DNA of 64,000 nucleotides from Oscillospiraceae bacterium (GCA_015065325.1 SVQO01000007.1:7504-71503), one strand, 5' to 3'. Shown: positions 41,549 to 51,418, counted from the stretch's first letter. Translations and numbers: made by a program. Notes: generated by a model from the sequence alone, not told the origin.

Positions 41549-42146
41549 ACAATACCTTTTTGATTTCTTCCAAGAGATCAGAATATTCATCAAGAGCAGT
41601 TAAATTCGGGTAGTCAGATTTGATTTGCGCAGTGCTACGGAATAAAAAGCCTTTCTTGCTTTCAAGGATCATACCCAGATCATTATAACTGTCTCCTGCG
41701 GCGATCGTGTCAAAACCAATGGATTGAAGAGCCTTGACCGTAGTATATTTGCTCTTTTCAACTCTCATCTTGTAATCGGTAATCTCTCCATCCTCCGAAA
41801 CGATCAGTTCGTTGCAAAAAATCGTAGGGTATCCGAGCTTCTTCATTAAAGGAGCCGCAAACTGGGTGAAGGTGTCGCTGATGATAATGACCTGTGTTAG
41901 CGCTTTGAGCTGATCCAAAAACTCTTTTGCGCCTTTCATAGGTTCAATTTTTTCGATGGTATTTTGAATCTCCTTCAGACCTAAACCGTGTTTTTTGAGG
42001 CTTTCGATTCTGTATTTCATTAATTTATCGTAATCGGGTTCGTCCCGGGTTGTTTTCTTTAACTCGGGAATTCCGGTTTCTTCGGCAAAAGCGATCCAAA
42101 TCTCAGGAACTAAAACGCCCTCTAAATCCAAACATACAATATTCAT
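41547..42146 (-). CDS. thrH: Phosphoserine phosphatase/homoserine phosphotransferase (HAD)
   Basis: CLDLEGVLVPEIW, TTRDEPDYD, GDSYND. Confidence 0.92.
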   Translation of the reverse strand: MNIVCLDLEGVLVPEIWIAFAEETGIPELKKTTRDEPDYDKLMKYRIESLKKHGLGLKEIQNTIEKIEPMKGAKEFLDQLKALTQVIIISDTFTQFAAPLMKKLGYPTIFCNELIVSEDGEITDYKMRVEKSKYTTVKALQSIGFDTIAAGDSYNDLGMILESKKGFLFRSTAQIKSDYPNLTALDEYSDLLEEIKKVL

Positions 42147-42270
42147 AAGTGTTTTCTCCTCTCGCACAAGTGCTTTCAAATAAGCGTCACTATTATAAAG
42201 CAAGGACCGTCATTTTGCAAGAGGTATTTGTAAAAAAAAGAGAAAAAAGAGAGCGTTCGCTCTCTTTTTT

Positions 42271-43692
42271 TCAAAGTTCAAAATGTGCTTTAATTTTTTC
42301 GCAGATAATAAGTGTGTCTTCCTTTTTATCCATCTCACAAAAAACGCGAAGGATAGGTTCTGTTCCGGAAAAACGAATGATTGCCCATCCGCCGCCCTTG
42401 ATGAAGATTTTACAACCGTCCAAGTAGGATACGCGATCTATTTCAAAAGGCGCCAGACAAGGAAGCTCTTTTTCTGTAAATAATCTGTGCATCAAGGCTT
42501 CTTTCTTTTCCTGAGAAAAAGCGTAGGATGCTTCTTCCATGTAAGGATTTCCGAATTCATTTCTGATCTTTTGCATCAATTCAGAAAGCTTCAGACCGGA
42601 TACTGCAACCATTTCTACCAGTAGCGAGGCGGCATAAACTCCGTCTTTACCTTTGATGTGTCCGGTTACCGTAAGACCGCCTGAGGATTCACCTCCGATG
42701 ACAGCGTTGGATTCAACCATTTTCGCGGAAATATGCTTGAATCCAACGGGGACCTCGTAACACTTTTGTCCGAACTTTTCCGCGATGGCGTCCATTCTGT
42801 GAGTCGTTGCGAGATTCCTGACGCAAGGACCAACCCAGCCCTTGTATTTGAGCAAATAGTAATACAAAAGAACCAAAATGTCGTTGGGATGCAGATAATT
42901 TCCTTGATCGTCGATTACACCGAGACGGTCTGCATCTCCGTCGGTAGCGAGACCAAGATCAAAGCCGCCGTCCAAAACGTAGGTTTTCAGCATATTCAGA
43001 CGGTCGTCGGAAGGAGCCGGCATTTTTCCTCCGAAAAGTGTATCATGCTCTGCGTGGATAATATCAAGCTGACAACGGCAGGTTGTCAGAATGGTATTTA
43101 ACGCGGTTCCGCTGACACCGTACATCGGATCAAGAACGATGCGAAGCTGTGCTTCACGGATTTTATTGGTATCTACTTTTTCGATGATATCGTCGATGTA
43201 TTCATTCATCGGGTAGAATTCTGTTACAAACCCGGATTCCAGAGCTTTTTCGTAGGGGATCGCTTGGATTTTGAGGTTTTTACGTTCCAGTTCCTCGGCG
43301 TAACGCTCAATATCTTTGGTTTGTAATTCATCAGCATCCTTCCCTCCGGCTGTGAAAACCTTAATGCCGTTGTAGAGAGAAGGGTTATGGCTTGCGGTTA
43401 CCATCAGACCGTAAGGAAAATCGTGCTTTTCTACGTAGTTCATAATTAAGGGGGTGGGAACGCTCCTGCATACGAAATAGCAATGGATACTTTCGGCTGC
43501 AAACACTTCACAGATCCATTTTACGGTTTCTTTGGATAAAAATCTTCGATCGTAACCGATTACGATGCCCTTCTTTTCATTGTTTTCAGCCTTCATTTTG
43601 TTGGCCATTGCTTTGGCGAACAGTTGAATATTAGCCTTTGTAAATTCGTCGCCGATGATAGCTCTCCAGCCACCTGTTCCAAATTTGATCAT
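42271..43692 (-). CDS. Phosphohexomutase (PGM/PMM family)
   Basis: FGTGG, TASHNP, DGDADR, GGESSGG, RFSGTEP. Confidence 0.93.
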   Translation of the reverse strand: MIKFGTGGWRAIIGDEFTKANIQLFAKAMANKMKAENNEKKGIVIGYDRRFLSKETVKWICEVFAAESIHCYFVCRSVPTPLIMNYVEKHDFPYGLMVTASHNPSLYNGIKVFTAGGKDADELQTKDIERYAEELERKNLKIQAIPYEKALESGFVTEFYPMNEYIDDIIEKVDTNKIREAQLRIVLDPMYGVSGTALNTILTTCRCQLDIIHAEHDTLFGGKMPAPSDDRLNMLKTYVLDGGFDLGLATDGDADRLGVIDDQGNYLHPNDILVLLYYYLLKYKGWVGPCVRNLATTHRMDAIAEKFGQKCYEVPVGFKHISAKMVESNAVIGGESSGGLTVTGHIKGKDGVYAASLLVEMVAVSGLKLSELMQKIRNEFGNPYMEEASYAFSQEKKEALMHRLFTEKELPCLAPFEIDRVSYLDGCKIFIKGGGWAIIRFSGTEPILRVFCEMDKKEDTLIICEKIKAHFEL

Positions 43693-43705
43693 AAATTCCT
43701 CACTT

Positions 43706-46054
43706 TCATTGTTTCAACGGCACATATAGAACCGTATTAATCGGTCGTACCATTCCAACTGTACTGCCGGTAGATGTAGAGGGGAGGCTAAGCTCCGTAA
43801 AACTTCCGTTTTGAACCATGCCGAGCATTGCAGATCCTCCGCCGTCAACGTTCATTAAGAACTGCATGTCCGGTATGAGTGTGCGTGCGATCAAGCACAT
43901 TTCAGAATAATCTGCGCCGTCAGAATCTGATGTTCTTCCTGAAAAAACAAGGATTATAAGCTCTCCGCTTTTTGTGATTCCGATAGCGGTGCGAGGATGC
44001 TTCGCCAGGGTATGCAACGCCGATTCCTGCGTTTGACGAGATAAAGGAGAGGTCCATCCATCTTCGTAAAACCATTTATCCATATGGTCGCCGTCGCAAA
44101 GTCCGATACCATCAAGGATCAGGGATAGTCCGCCGCCGTATGCCCATTTGACTCCGTTCCATTCCTTGGAATCTACTCCTTCGGGGGCATCAAGCTTGAC
44201 TTGTACACTTACGCTTTTTGTTTCGTAATATCCTCGTTCATTTTTTATAAGCCCAAGCGAATTACAAAGTTTTTCGCCGAGCTCTTTTTCAAGAGAAATT
44301 ACAACCCCCATACCGGGAAGCAGCACGTCACCGTCTCGGATAGCGGTAATCCGTTCCTGAATCAAAACAAAATTGACGCGTTCTTTCCCAACCGCTTTGC
44401 GATATGTTTCTCTGTCTGCATCTTCGTCCGATAAGGAAATATAGGGAGTATAAATACAAACGGGTGCTTGAGGCTTATCATCCTTTGGATCTACATTTTC
44501 CTTATCCCATGACAGAGTGTTACCGTTGATTGAAAGTTGCCCGCCTCCAAGTCTGAAGTTGAAGAACAAAAATTCTCCGTTTTCCTTTAATGCGATACAC
44601 GTTTTACGGAAAAGAGGAAACGTTTCGATCCTTTTGCCGTTGCGATACTCCAAGAGGTAATCCAAATGTCCTGCATCAACTTCAGACATTTCGTCTATCC
44701 TGTCTTGACGCAGAGTGTTATACAGAGTTGCAAGCTTGGGCGTTAAAAAGAATAAAAAGTTTGATACGATTCCGGTGCCATCTTGCTTCTCTTGGCGAAT
44801 TTTTTCGCGGAGGGATGTTTTTTTTCCGCAGGGGAGAACTCCTGCGCCGTCGCTGTTTTTGATGCATACGCCATGCACGAGGATTTTTCCCTTGATTCCT
44901 TCGGTTTCACTTTCGGTAAAGGTCTTGTGAAAATATCTGCAGTTTGAAAAGCTCTCAAGGTGCTCTTTGATAGCTCGAGCTCGCAGAAAATCGTACTGTT
45001 CAAGAGTGATTTTTTCGTTTGGCAAGTCGTTTAACGATAAATTTTCATCAAGTGGCGCGTTTGGGTCTGTTTCGTAAATGTTGAAAAAGCAATGAGGATA
45101 ACGGTTATAAAGCTCCTTTGTTGAAAGAGAATAGATTTGATCACCGTATTTTTTTGCAAGCTTTGCAAGAATTAAATAAGAAAGCCTTGTTTTTTTTGTT
45201 ATAGGAACGTTTTCCACGATAGAAAAGCCGCTGGGAACGAATATTGCAGCTTCTCTTACAATGCCGAGTTGACCGGCTACGGCGCAAGCGTGGTATCCCT
45301 TCGGAATGCAGAAAATTCCGCAAGGAATTTGTAGTTTGCGTGCATCCAGCAGTCCGCTTTCTCCAAAAATAAGAAGAGAGCATTGTTTGATGTTGTAATC
45401 ATTCCTCTCGGAAACAAGCTTACCATTTTCCAAGGAAACGGTATTGATCTCGGGTTCTTTTAAAAGCGAAGTTAAGAGGGGAGGAGAGGGTAAGCCGTAT
45501 TCTGCATTTGCAGACGTAATATAAACGATCTTTTTGTTTTGATAAACCGATGTGGATAAAACCTGTTTCATAGTTGCAAACAAGTTCGGCTCCGTAATTG
45601 CAACAAAAATCGTATTTTTGTCAGCACAGTATTTTTCAATCAGGTCCCGTTGGTCAGTGCAATTATCAAAACTCAGAGGGCGGCTTTCTTCGGAAAATAT
45701 TTCCCAAAGCTTAATGAAAGTGTTTACTCCGAAGATTTCCTCGCGTATGTCTGTTACGAACCGATATATTTCTTCGATAGAATAATCGTCAAAGTTTTTT
45801 AGCGTTTCCAGTGAAAAGAGGGAAGAAATTTTTTTCTTATATTCATAATGCTTTTCTTTCGAGATCAAACCGCGGGTTTCCAAAAGCTCAGCGGTCGTGT
45901 CGGAAATGATCGTGCTTTTTCTGCCTTTTTTCGCGAAGGTAATATGTACATCGCGATAAATAAAGCAATAGTACAGAACGTCGCCGATAAAGTCTTTTCT
46001 GTAATAGGATCCTGCTCTTCTGTCAGAGCGTTGCAAAACAAGTTCTTTTGTCAT
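43706..46054 (-). CDS. Large protein with a C-terminal NAGPA (phosphodiester glycosidase) domain
   Basis: HPRTAIG, GRT, NVDGGGS; start MTKEL with RBS; no signal peptide seen. Confidence 0.75.
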   Translation of the reverse strand: MTKELVLQRSDRRAGSYYRKDFIGDVLYYCFIYRDVHITFAKKGRKSTIISDTTAELLETRGLISKEKHYEYKKKISSLFSLETLKNFDDYSIEEIYRFVTDIREEIFGVNTFIKLWEIFSEESRPLSFDNCTDQRDLIEKYCADKNTIFVAITEPNLFATMKQVLSTSVYQNKKIVYITSANAEYGLPSPPLLTSLLKEPEINTVSLENGKLVSERNDYNIKQCSLLIFGESGLLDARKLQIPCGIFCIPKGYHACAVAGQLGIVREAAIFVPSGFSIVENVPITKKTRLSYLILAKLAKKYGDQIYSLSTKELYNRYPHCFFNIYETDPNAPLDENLSLNDLPNEKITLEQYDFLRARAIKEHLESFSNCRYFHKTFTESETEGIKGKILVHGVCIKNSDGAGVLPCGKKTSLREKIRQEKQDGTGIVSNFLFFLTPKLATLYNTLRQDRIDEMSEVDAGHLDYLLEYRNGKRIETFPLFRKTCIALKENGEFLFFNFRLGGGQLSINGNTLSWDKENVDPKDDKPQAPVCIYTPYISLSDEDADRETYRKAVGKERVNFVLIQERITAIRDGDVLLPGMGVVISLEKELGEKLCNSLGLIKNERGYYETKSVSVQVKLDAPEGVDSKEWNGVKWAYGGGLSLILDGIGLCDGDHMDKWFYEDGWTSPLSRQTQESALHTLAKHPRTAIGITKSGELIILVFSGRTSDSDGADYSEMCLIARTLIPDMQFLMNVDGGGSAMLGMVQNGSFTELSLPSTSTGSTVGMVRPINTVLYVPLKQ

Positions 46055-46160
46055 AATCCTTCCCCAATGTAAATTTGAATTGACATTATAACACCGTTTT
46101 TCTGAAAAATCAACCGAAACTTCTTTTACAAGAAAAAGAAATGATCGGCTTTTACATAAG

Positions 46161-46190
46161 AAAAGGTCTTGTCGAGTTGGCAAGACCTTT
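46161..46190 (-). terminator. Terminator after gatB
   Basis: AAAGGUCUUGCC/GACAAGACCUUUUC on the minus strand. Confidence 0.75.
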
Positions 46191-46196
46191 AAAAAT

Positions 46197-47642
46197 TTAG
46201 TCGATTTTATTGATAGCATCAATCAGCAAGGTTCTAAGCTCTTGGGGATTGCAATTTCCGCGAAGCTCTTTCATGCACTTTCCAAACAACGCCATCAAAG
46301 CCTTTTCTTTGCCTCCTTTGAAGTCGGCAACGGCTTTGGGATCGGATGCGATGGCAGCTTGGATAACCTTGTCAACCAATCCGGTATCGGTGGAAATGAT
46401 CAAACTGTTCTCTTTTGCGTAAGCTTCGGGATCAAGCCGGCTATCGTCGAACATAACGTCCAGGATTTTACGACCGTTGGGTCGGCTTACTTTTCCGTCA
46501 GCAACGAGCTTAATCAGCTTGCCAAGCGTTTCACCGTTGAGTTTCAGCATATCGTAGGTCATCTGGCGAGCGTTCAGCGTCTTCATTACGTCGGAGATCA
46601 TCCAATTCGCCGCGTCCTTTGCGTTGCCGCAGACCTTCATCGCACCCTCAAAGCACTCGCAAAGTGCAATGCTTTCACAAAGTCGCTTAGCATCGTACTC
46701 GGTCAGAGCATATTCTTCTGTATAACGGGCGAGTTTGGTTTCGGGAAATTCGGGAAGGGAAGCCTTGATTTTCTCAAACCAAGTATCATCGATTACAACG
46801 GGCATAATATTCGGGTCTGGGAAGTAGCGGTAATCGCCTGCCGTTTCCTTTGTACGCATCGCAAAGCTTTTTCCCTTGATGTCGTCCCAGCGCCTGGTTT
46901 CTTGTACCAAAACCTCAGTTCCGTTTTCAACTGCATCAATGTGGCGCGCAGTTTCGTATTCGATGGCGCGTTTAATTGCTTCAATGGAGTTCATATTCTT
47001 GATCTCCGTGCGCACGCCGTATTCCGTTGCACCTTCGGGGCGTACAGACAGGTTTACGTCACAGCGCATCGTGCCGTGTGCCATTTCGCATTCTGCAACT
47101 CTGGCGTAACGAAGCAAGGTTTTCAACCTGTCCAGATAAGCTTCAACCTCGTCGGCGGAGGAGAGGTCAGGCTGGCTTACGATCTCAATCAGCGGGACGC
47201 TGGTTCTGTTGAAATCCACGTGCGTCGTTCCTTCGCGAATATCGTGAACCAACTTACCCGCATCTTCTTCCATATGGATTTGTTTGATTCGGATGCCCTT
47301 TTTTCCGTCCTTCGTTTCGATCTCTACGAGGCCGTTGACAGCAACGGGAGAAAACCACTGGGTGGTTTGGAAAGCCGCAGGAAGGTCGGGATAGTAATAG
47401 CTCTTCTTATCAAAGGTAGTAGTGCGGTTGATATGACAGTTCAGCATCATACCGGCTTTCATACCAAAATCAACTACGCGCTTATTGACAATGGGAAGCA
47501 TACCGGGCATACCGCAGCATGCTGGGCATACGTGGGTATTGGGCTCAGCTCCGTAGGAATGTGCAGAGCAGGAGCAGAAAATTTTTGAGTCGGTTGCAAG
47601 TTCTACGTGAACTTCAAGACCGATGACGGTTTCGTAACGCAT
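46197..47642 (-). CDS. gatB: Asp/Glu-tRNA amidotransferase subunit B
   Basis: GLEVHVEL, YPDLP, HMEEDAGK, EIKNMNS, YRYFPDP; start MRYET. Confidence 0.96.
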   Translation of the reverse strand: MRYETVIGLEVHVELATDSKIFCSCSAHSYGAEPNTHVCPACCGMPGMLPIVNKRVVDFGMKAGMMLNCHINRTTTFDKKSYYYPDLPAAFQTTQWFSPVAVNGLVEIETKDGKKGIRIKQIHMEEDAGKLVHDIREGTTHVDFNRTSVPLIEIVSQPDLSSADEVEAYLDRLKTLLRYARVAECEMAHGTMRCDVNLSVRPEGATEYGVRTEIKNMNSIEAIKRAIEYETARHIDAVENGTEVLVQETRRWDDIKGKSFAMRTKETAGDYRYFPDPNIMPVVIDDTWFEKIKASLPEFPETKLARYTEEYALTEYDAKRLCESIALCECFEGAMKVCGNAKDAANWMISDVMKTLNARQMTYDMLKLNGETLGKLIKLVADGKVSRPNGRKILDVMFDDSRLDPEAYAKENSLIISTDTGLVDKVIQAAIASDPKAVADFKGGKEKALMALFGKCMKELRGNCNPQELRTLLIDAINKID

Positions 47643-47646
47643 CTTA

Positions 47647-48834
47647 TTATCCCTCCTGTTCAATGATTTGTGCCAAGCAAAGTAGTTTTCCTTCTTCAAA
47701 GGCATCGGCAATGAATTGCACGCCGCCTGCTACGAGAGCAGGAAGTCCGGTAATCGACGCAGGAGCGGTGAATTTGTTTTCCTCGTAACACAGCGTCAGG
47801 TTTTCCTTTACATCCTCAACTGAGTAAGATGTTTTAGACGTAGCGGGGAGTAAAACTGCATCGTAAGATTTGAAAAGCAAGGCGAATTTCTCGGAAATCA
47901 CGCGTCTGATTCGCAAGGATTTATCGTACTGCTTCATGTAGTTTTTGTCTGAAAGAGTTTCAGATCCGAAAAGAATGCAGGTCTTGATCAGATCACCGAA
48001 AGCCTCGGTGCGGCTGTTGGTATAAAGCTCGTCAAGATTGGTGAAATTCTGAGTACGGTAGCCGTATTTTACGCCGTCAAAGCGTGAAACGTTGTTGCAG
48101 GTCTCAGCGCTCATGAGAATATTCCAAGCAACTCTTGCGGCGGCAATCTCATCGCTGTTGATTTCAACGACTTCAACTCCGCTTTTCTTCAATGCTTCAA
48201 TTGTTAAGTAGATACTTTTCTGTACATCTGCTTCAGCTTCAGCAATGAAATCCTTCAGTACGGCAACTTTTGCAGCCTTTTTTTCTTTATTGATCGAAAT
48301 ACAAGCATCTTCAGAAAGACTGGTTCCGTCCTTATCGTCGTGATGAGCGATCACAGACAAGATCTCGCGGACGGTGTCGGTTGTTTCTGCGCAAATTCCC
48401 ACGGTATCACCGGAGGAAGCAACGCCTACAAGACCAAAACGCGACACGGTACCGTAAGTCGGTTTCAGATATACAAGACCGCTCTGGGCAGCCCCTCTGC
48501 GGGGAGCGCCGTTGGCGTCAAGACAGAGGGCGGCGAGGACCTCTCCGTCTTTTACTAGCTCGCAGGGAGCGTAAACAAGCTTCCCATCCTTTTCGGTAGC
48601 GCCCTTATAGCAGGTTTCGCCCAAAAGGTCGATGGCAAATTCGCCAACCTTTGCTTTTCCGCCGAGTGCAAAGCCTGAGTTACTCAGGAGAGTAAATACC
48701 TCTGCATCAAACAGACTCATATAGCCGTCCAGCATTTTTGAACCCGCGGTGGTGGGAAGACTCTTGGTTAAAAAGAGGTCGTCAAGAGCAACGGTCTTTT
48801 CTTTTTTTTCACCTTTTGCAAGATAAAGCTCCAT
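47647..48834 (-). CDS. gatA: GatA homolog, shortened, catalytic triad absent
   Basis: TTAGSKML, KPTYGTVSRFGL, SRFDGVKYGYR and position between gatC and gatB; Lys, GGSSGG and DTGGS motifs degenerate. Confidence 0.9.
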   Translation of the reverse strand: MELYLAKGEKKEKTVALDDLFLTKSLPTTAGSKMLDGYMSLFDAEVFTLLSNSGFALGGKAKVGEFAIDLLGETCYKGATEKDGKLVYAPCELVKDGEVLAALCLDANGAPRRGAAQSGLVYLKPTYGTVSRFGLVGVASSGDTVGICAETTDTVREILSVIAHHDDKDGTSLSEDACISINKEKKAAKVAVLKDFIAEAEADVQKSIYLTIEALKKSGVEVVEINSDEIAAARVAWNILMSAETCNNVSRFDGVKYGYRTQNFTNLDELYTNSRTEAFGDLIKTCILFGSETLSDKNYMKQYDKSLRIRRVISEKFALLFKSYDAVLLPATSKTSYSVEDVKENLTLCYEENKFTAPASITGLPALVAGGVQFIADAFEEGKLLCLAQIIEQEG

Positions 48835-48845
48835 TTTTTACCTCC

Positions 48846-49127
48846 TTATTCTACGACACGGGGGACGCACCAGTATCCCTCGTCGGTGTCAACTGCACCT
48901 TTTTGCAGATCTTCTCTTTGGAATTTTTGATCGATCACGTCTTCACGGACCACGGTCTCAATGGGACACACGTGAACCATTCTTTCAACGTTTTCCGTGT
49001 CAATATTATTTAATACTCCAAGCTCTTCGTCACGCTTTGCAAAGAAAGCAATAACGGATGCTTTCTGTTCTTCGTTTAAAGAAAGCTGGTTGAGCATTGC
49101 AAGTTTTCTTAAAGTTTCTCTATCCAT
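48846..49127 (-). CDS. gatC: Amidotransferase subunit C
   Basis: LRKLAMLNQL, IDTENVE, VREDV, VPRVVE; operon position. Confidence 0.9.
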   Translation of the reverse strand: MDRETLRKLAMLNQLSLNEEQKASVIAFFAKRDEELGVLNNIDTENVERMVHVCPIETVVREDVIDQKFQREDLQKGAVDTDEGYWCVPRVVE

Positions 49128-49142
49128 TTTCGTTCTCCAATA

Positions 49143-50918
49143 TTAGTCACGAACCTTGATATGCACTTCTCTGAGCTGTTGCTCGGTTACTTCTCCGGGA
49201 GCGCCCATCATCAGATCCTGAGCATTTCCGTTAAGGGGGAAGGCAATAACGTCTCTGATGGTTTCCTCCTCGGCGATCAGCATTACCATTCTGTCAACAC
49301 CGGGGGCCATACCTGCGTGGGGAGGAGCGCCGAAGGAAAATGCGGTGTAAAGCGCACCGAATTTTGCCTTTAGCTCGTCTTCGCCGTAACCTGCGATGGC
49401 AAAAGCTTTTCTCATGATCTCGGGATTGTGATTTCGAACTGCTCCGGAGGAGAGCTCAACACCGTTGCAAACGATGTCATACTGATAAGCAAAGATGTCC
49501 AAAGGATCTTTGTTTTCGAGTGCTTCCATACCGCCCTGAGGCATAGAGAAGGGGTTGTGCGTAAAGTCAATCTTGCCGGTTTCTTCGTTCTTTTCGTACA
49601 TGGGGAAGTCAACGATAAAGCAGAATTCAAAGGAGTCGTTCTTGATCAGACCAAGTTCGTTTCCGATCCAGGTTCTCATTTCTCCTGCAAGACGGTTGAT
49701 CACGTTTGCCGCATCGCTGATAAAGAACAGACTTTCTCCTTCCTGAATGCCGACAAGCTCTGTAAGCTCTGCCTTTTGCTCTTCGGTAAGGAATTTTGCA
49801 ATGGGACCCTTATATTCGCCTTCTTCGAGGGTAATGTAACCGATACCGAACTTCATGCCGATGCTTCTGGAATAAGCGTCGATTGCCTTTTCGAAGGCTT
49901 TCTTTCCGTCGCCGTCACCGTCCTTCTTAACGAGATAGTTTGCTACGATACCGCGAACGAGCTTGTTCTTGAAGGGGACAGTTCTGCCGTTGATGGTGAG
50001 AAATTCGTGCTTGGCAAAGAAATCGGTCAGGTCCTGAATGAGAAGGGGATTGCGCAGGTCGGGTTTGTCGGAGCCGTACTTCATCATAGCATCTGCAAAG
50101 GTGATGCGGCGGAAGGGGGGCTCGGAAACTTTTTTATCAGAGAACTTTTTGAAGGTATTATATACAACCTTTTCAGCAACTGCGAAAACATCCTCCTGGG
50201 TGGCAAAGCTCATTTCAAAATCAAGCTGATAGAATTCTCCGGGAGATCTGTCCTGACGTGCATCCTCATCACGGAAGCAGGGGGCGATCTGGAAATAGCG
50301 GTCGAAACCGGAAGCCATCAGCAGCTGCTTGAACTGTTGGGGAGCCTGAGGAAGCGCATAGAATTTTCCCTTATGCTTACGGCTGGGCACCAGATAGTCT
50401 CTTGCGCCCTCGGGAGAAGAAGCGGTCAGAATGGGGGTGTTGATCTCCATAAAGCCCATATCTTCCATCTGACGGCGCAGATAAGAGACGATCTTAGAGC
50501 GAAGCACGATGTTATCGTGGATTTTTCGATTTCTCAGATCCAGATATCTGTATTTCAGTCTTACTTCCTCTCGGGTCTGCGTAGAAGCGTCGATTTCAAA
50601 GGGCAGACCCAGCTGACAGGGACCAAGGACCTCAATGCGTGCAGCCTTAACCTCGATTAAGCCGGTGTCGAGCTTTGCGTTTACGGTGTCCTCGTCGCGG
50701 CGCATAACCTCGCCTTCAACAAGAATTACGGTCTCCTTGGGCATACCTTGGATCATCTTATCATCTGAAAGCACGACTTGGGTAATACCATAGTGGTCAC
50801 GAAGATCCACAAACAAAACGCCGCCGTGGTCGCGAACGGTGTCGATCCAACCGGTCAGAGTTACTTTCTGTCCGATGTGGTCAACTCTCAGATCGTTACA
50901 AGTGTGAGTTCTCAGCAT
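49143..50918 (-). CDS. aspS: Aspartyl-tRNA synthetase, probably non-discriminating
   Basis: RDHGG, YRYLDLR, FRDED, PPHAG; co-transcribed with gatCAB under an Asn T-box. Confidence 0.95.
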   Translation of the reverse strand: MLRTHTCNDLRVDHIGQKVTLTGWIDTVRDHGGVLFVDLRDHYGITQVVLSDDKMIQGMPKETVILVEGEVMRRDEDTVNAKLDTGLIEVKAARIEVLGPCQLGLPFEIDASTQTREEVRLKYRYLDLRNRKIHDNIVLRSKIVSYLRRQMEDMGFMEINTPILTASSPEGARDYLVPSRKHKGKFYALPQAPQQFKQLLMASGFDRYFQIAPCFRDEDARQDRSPGEFYQLDFEMSFATQEDVFAVAEKVVYNTFKKFSDKKVSEPPFRRITFADAMMKYGSDKPDLRNPLLIQDLTDFFAKHEFLTINGRTVPFKNKLVRGIVANYLVKKDGDGDGKKAFEKAIDAYSRSIGMKFGIGYITLEEGEYKGPIAKFLTEEQKAELTELVGIQEGESLFFISDAANVINRLAGEMRTWIGNELGLIKNDSFEFCFIVDFPMYEKNEETGKIDFTHNPFSMPQGGMEALENKDPLDIFAYQYDIVCNGVELSSGAVRNHNPEIMRKAFAIAGYGEDELKAKFGALYTAFSFGAPPHAGMAPGVDRMVMLIAEEETIRDVIAFPLNGNAQDLMMGAPGEVTEQQLREVHIKVRD

Positions 50919-50975
50919 AATTTTTTCCTCCGTATCATAGTATCTGCTTTTCGTTTGGTTTTATGGGGAGAAAAC

Positions 50976-51203
50976 AAAAAACCTTTCGCCCCAAGCATGG
51001 GACGAAAGGTAAACTTCCGCGATACCACCCAAATTGACCGAAAAGGTCCTCTCATTTTCATCCTTACGGGATGAGCGTGCGGTTCTAATCACCCGGGGGC
51101 TTTCTTCCGCAAACTCCGGAGTGTTTTTCTCGAAAAGGCTTTGCCGAATTTCCACCGCCATCGGCTCTCTGAAAAAGCTGATTTTTCGATACTCTCTCCA
51201 TCT
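50976..51203 (-). ncRNA. T-box leader with Asn (AAC) specifier
   Basis: Stem I GGAG-AGUA...AGAGAG...GGUGGAA...GAA-A-AAC-A-CUCC (AAC at 51123-51125); T-box AAUUUGGGUGGUAUCGCGG; terminator ACCUUUCGUCCCA/UGGGGCGAAAGGU plus U-tract. Confidence 0.92.
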
Positions 51204-51215
51204 ACGTATAGGGTA

Positions 51216-51245
51216 ATTATATCACGGATACATAGTTTTTGTCAA
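51216..51245 (-). promoter_or_regulatory. sigma-A promoter of the T-box leader
   Basis: TTGACA, 18 nt, TGnTATAAT. Confidence 0.8.
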
Positions 51246-51418
51246 TAATTTCTAAATAAAAAGTTTTGCTTTCTATGTTTATCAATTATATTGAGTATCA
51301 TCTTGCGAACGAATCTTTTTTCGAGGTTCAACAGGAACAAAACTTTACGACACATCAACTTTTTCAATGGAAAACTGCTAAGGAAAAATAAGATTTTCGC
51401 CTCGATTTTCATAAATTA

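Noticed and set aside
47647-48834. gatA as a pseudogene
   Set aside because: No frameshift or stop, good RBS and selective retention of non-catalytic motifs; treated as a pseudoenzyme instead.
51242-51412. 56-codon minus-strand ORF between the metH terminator and the T-box promoter
   Set aside because: No RBS, starts right after a terminator, AT-rich non-coding composition.
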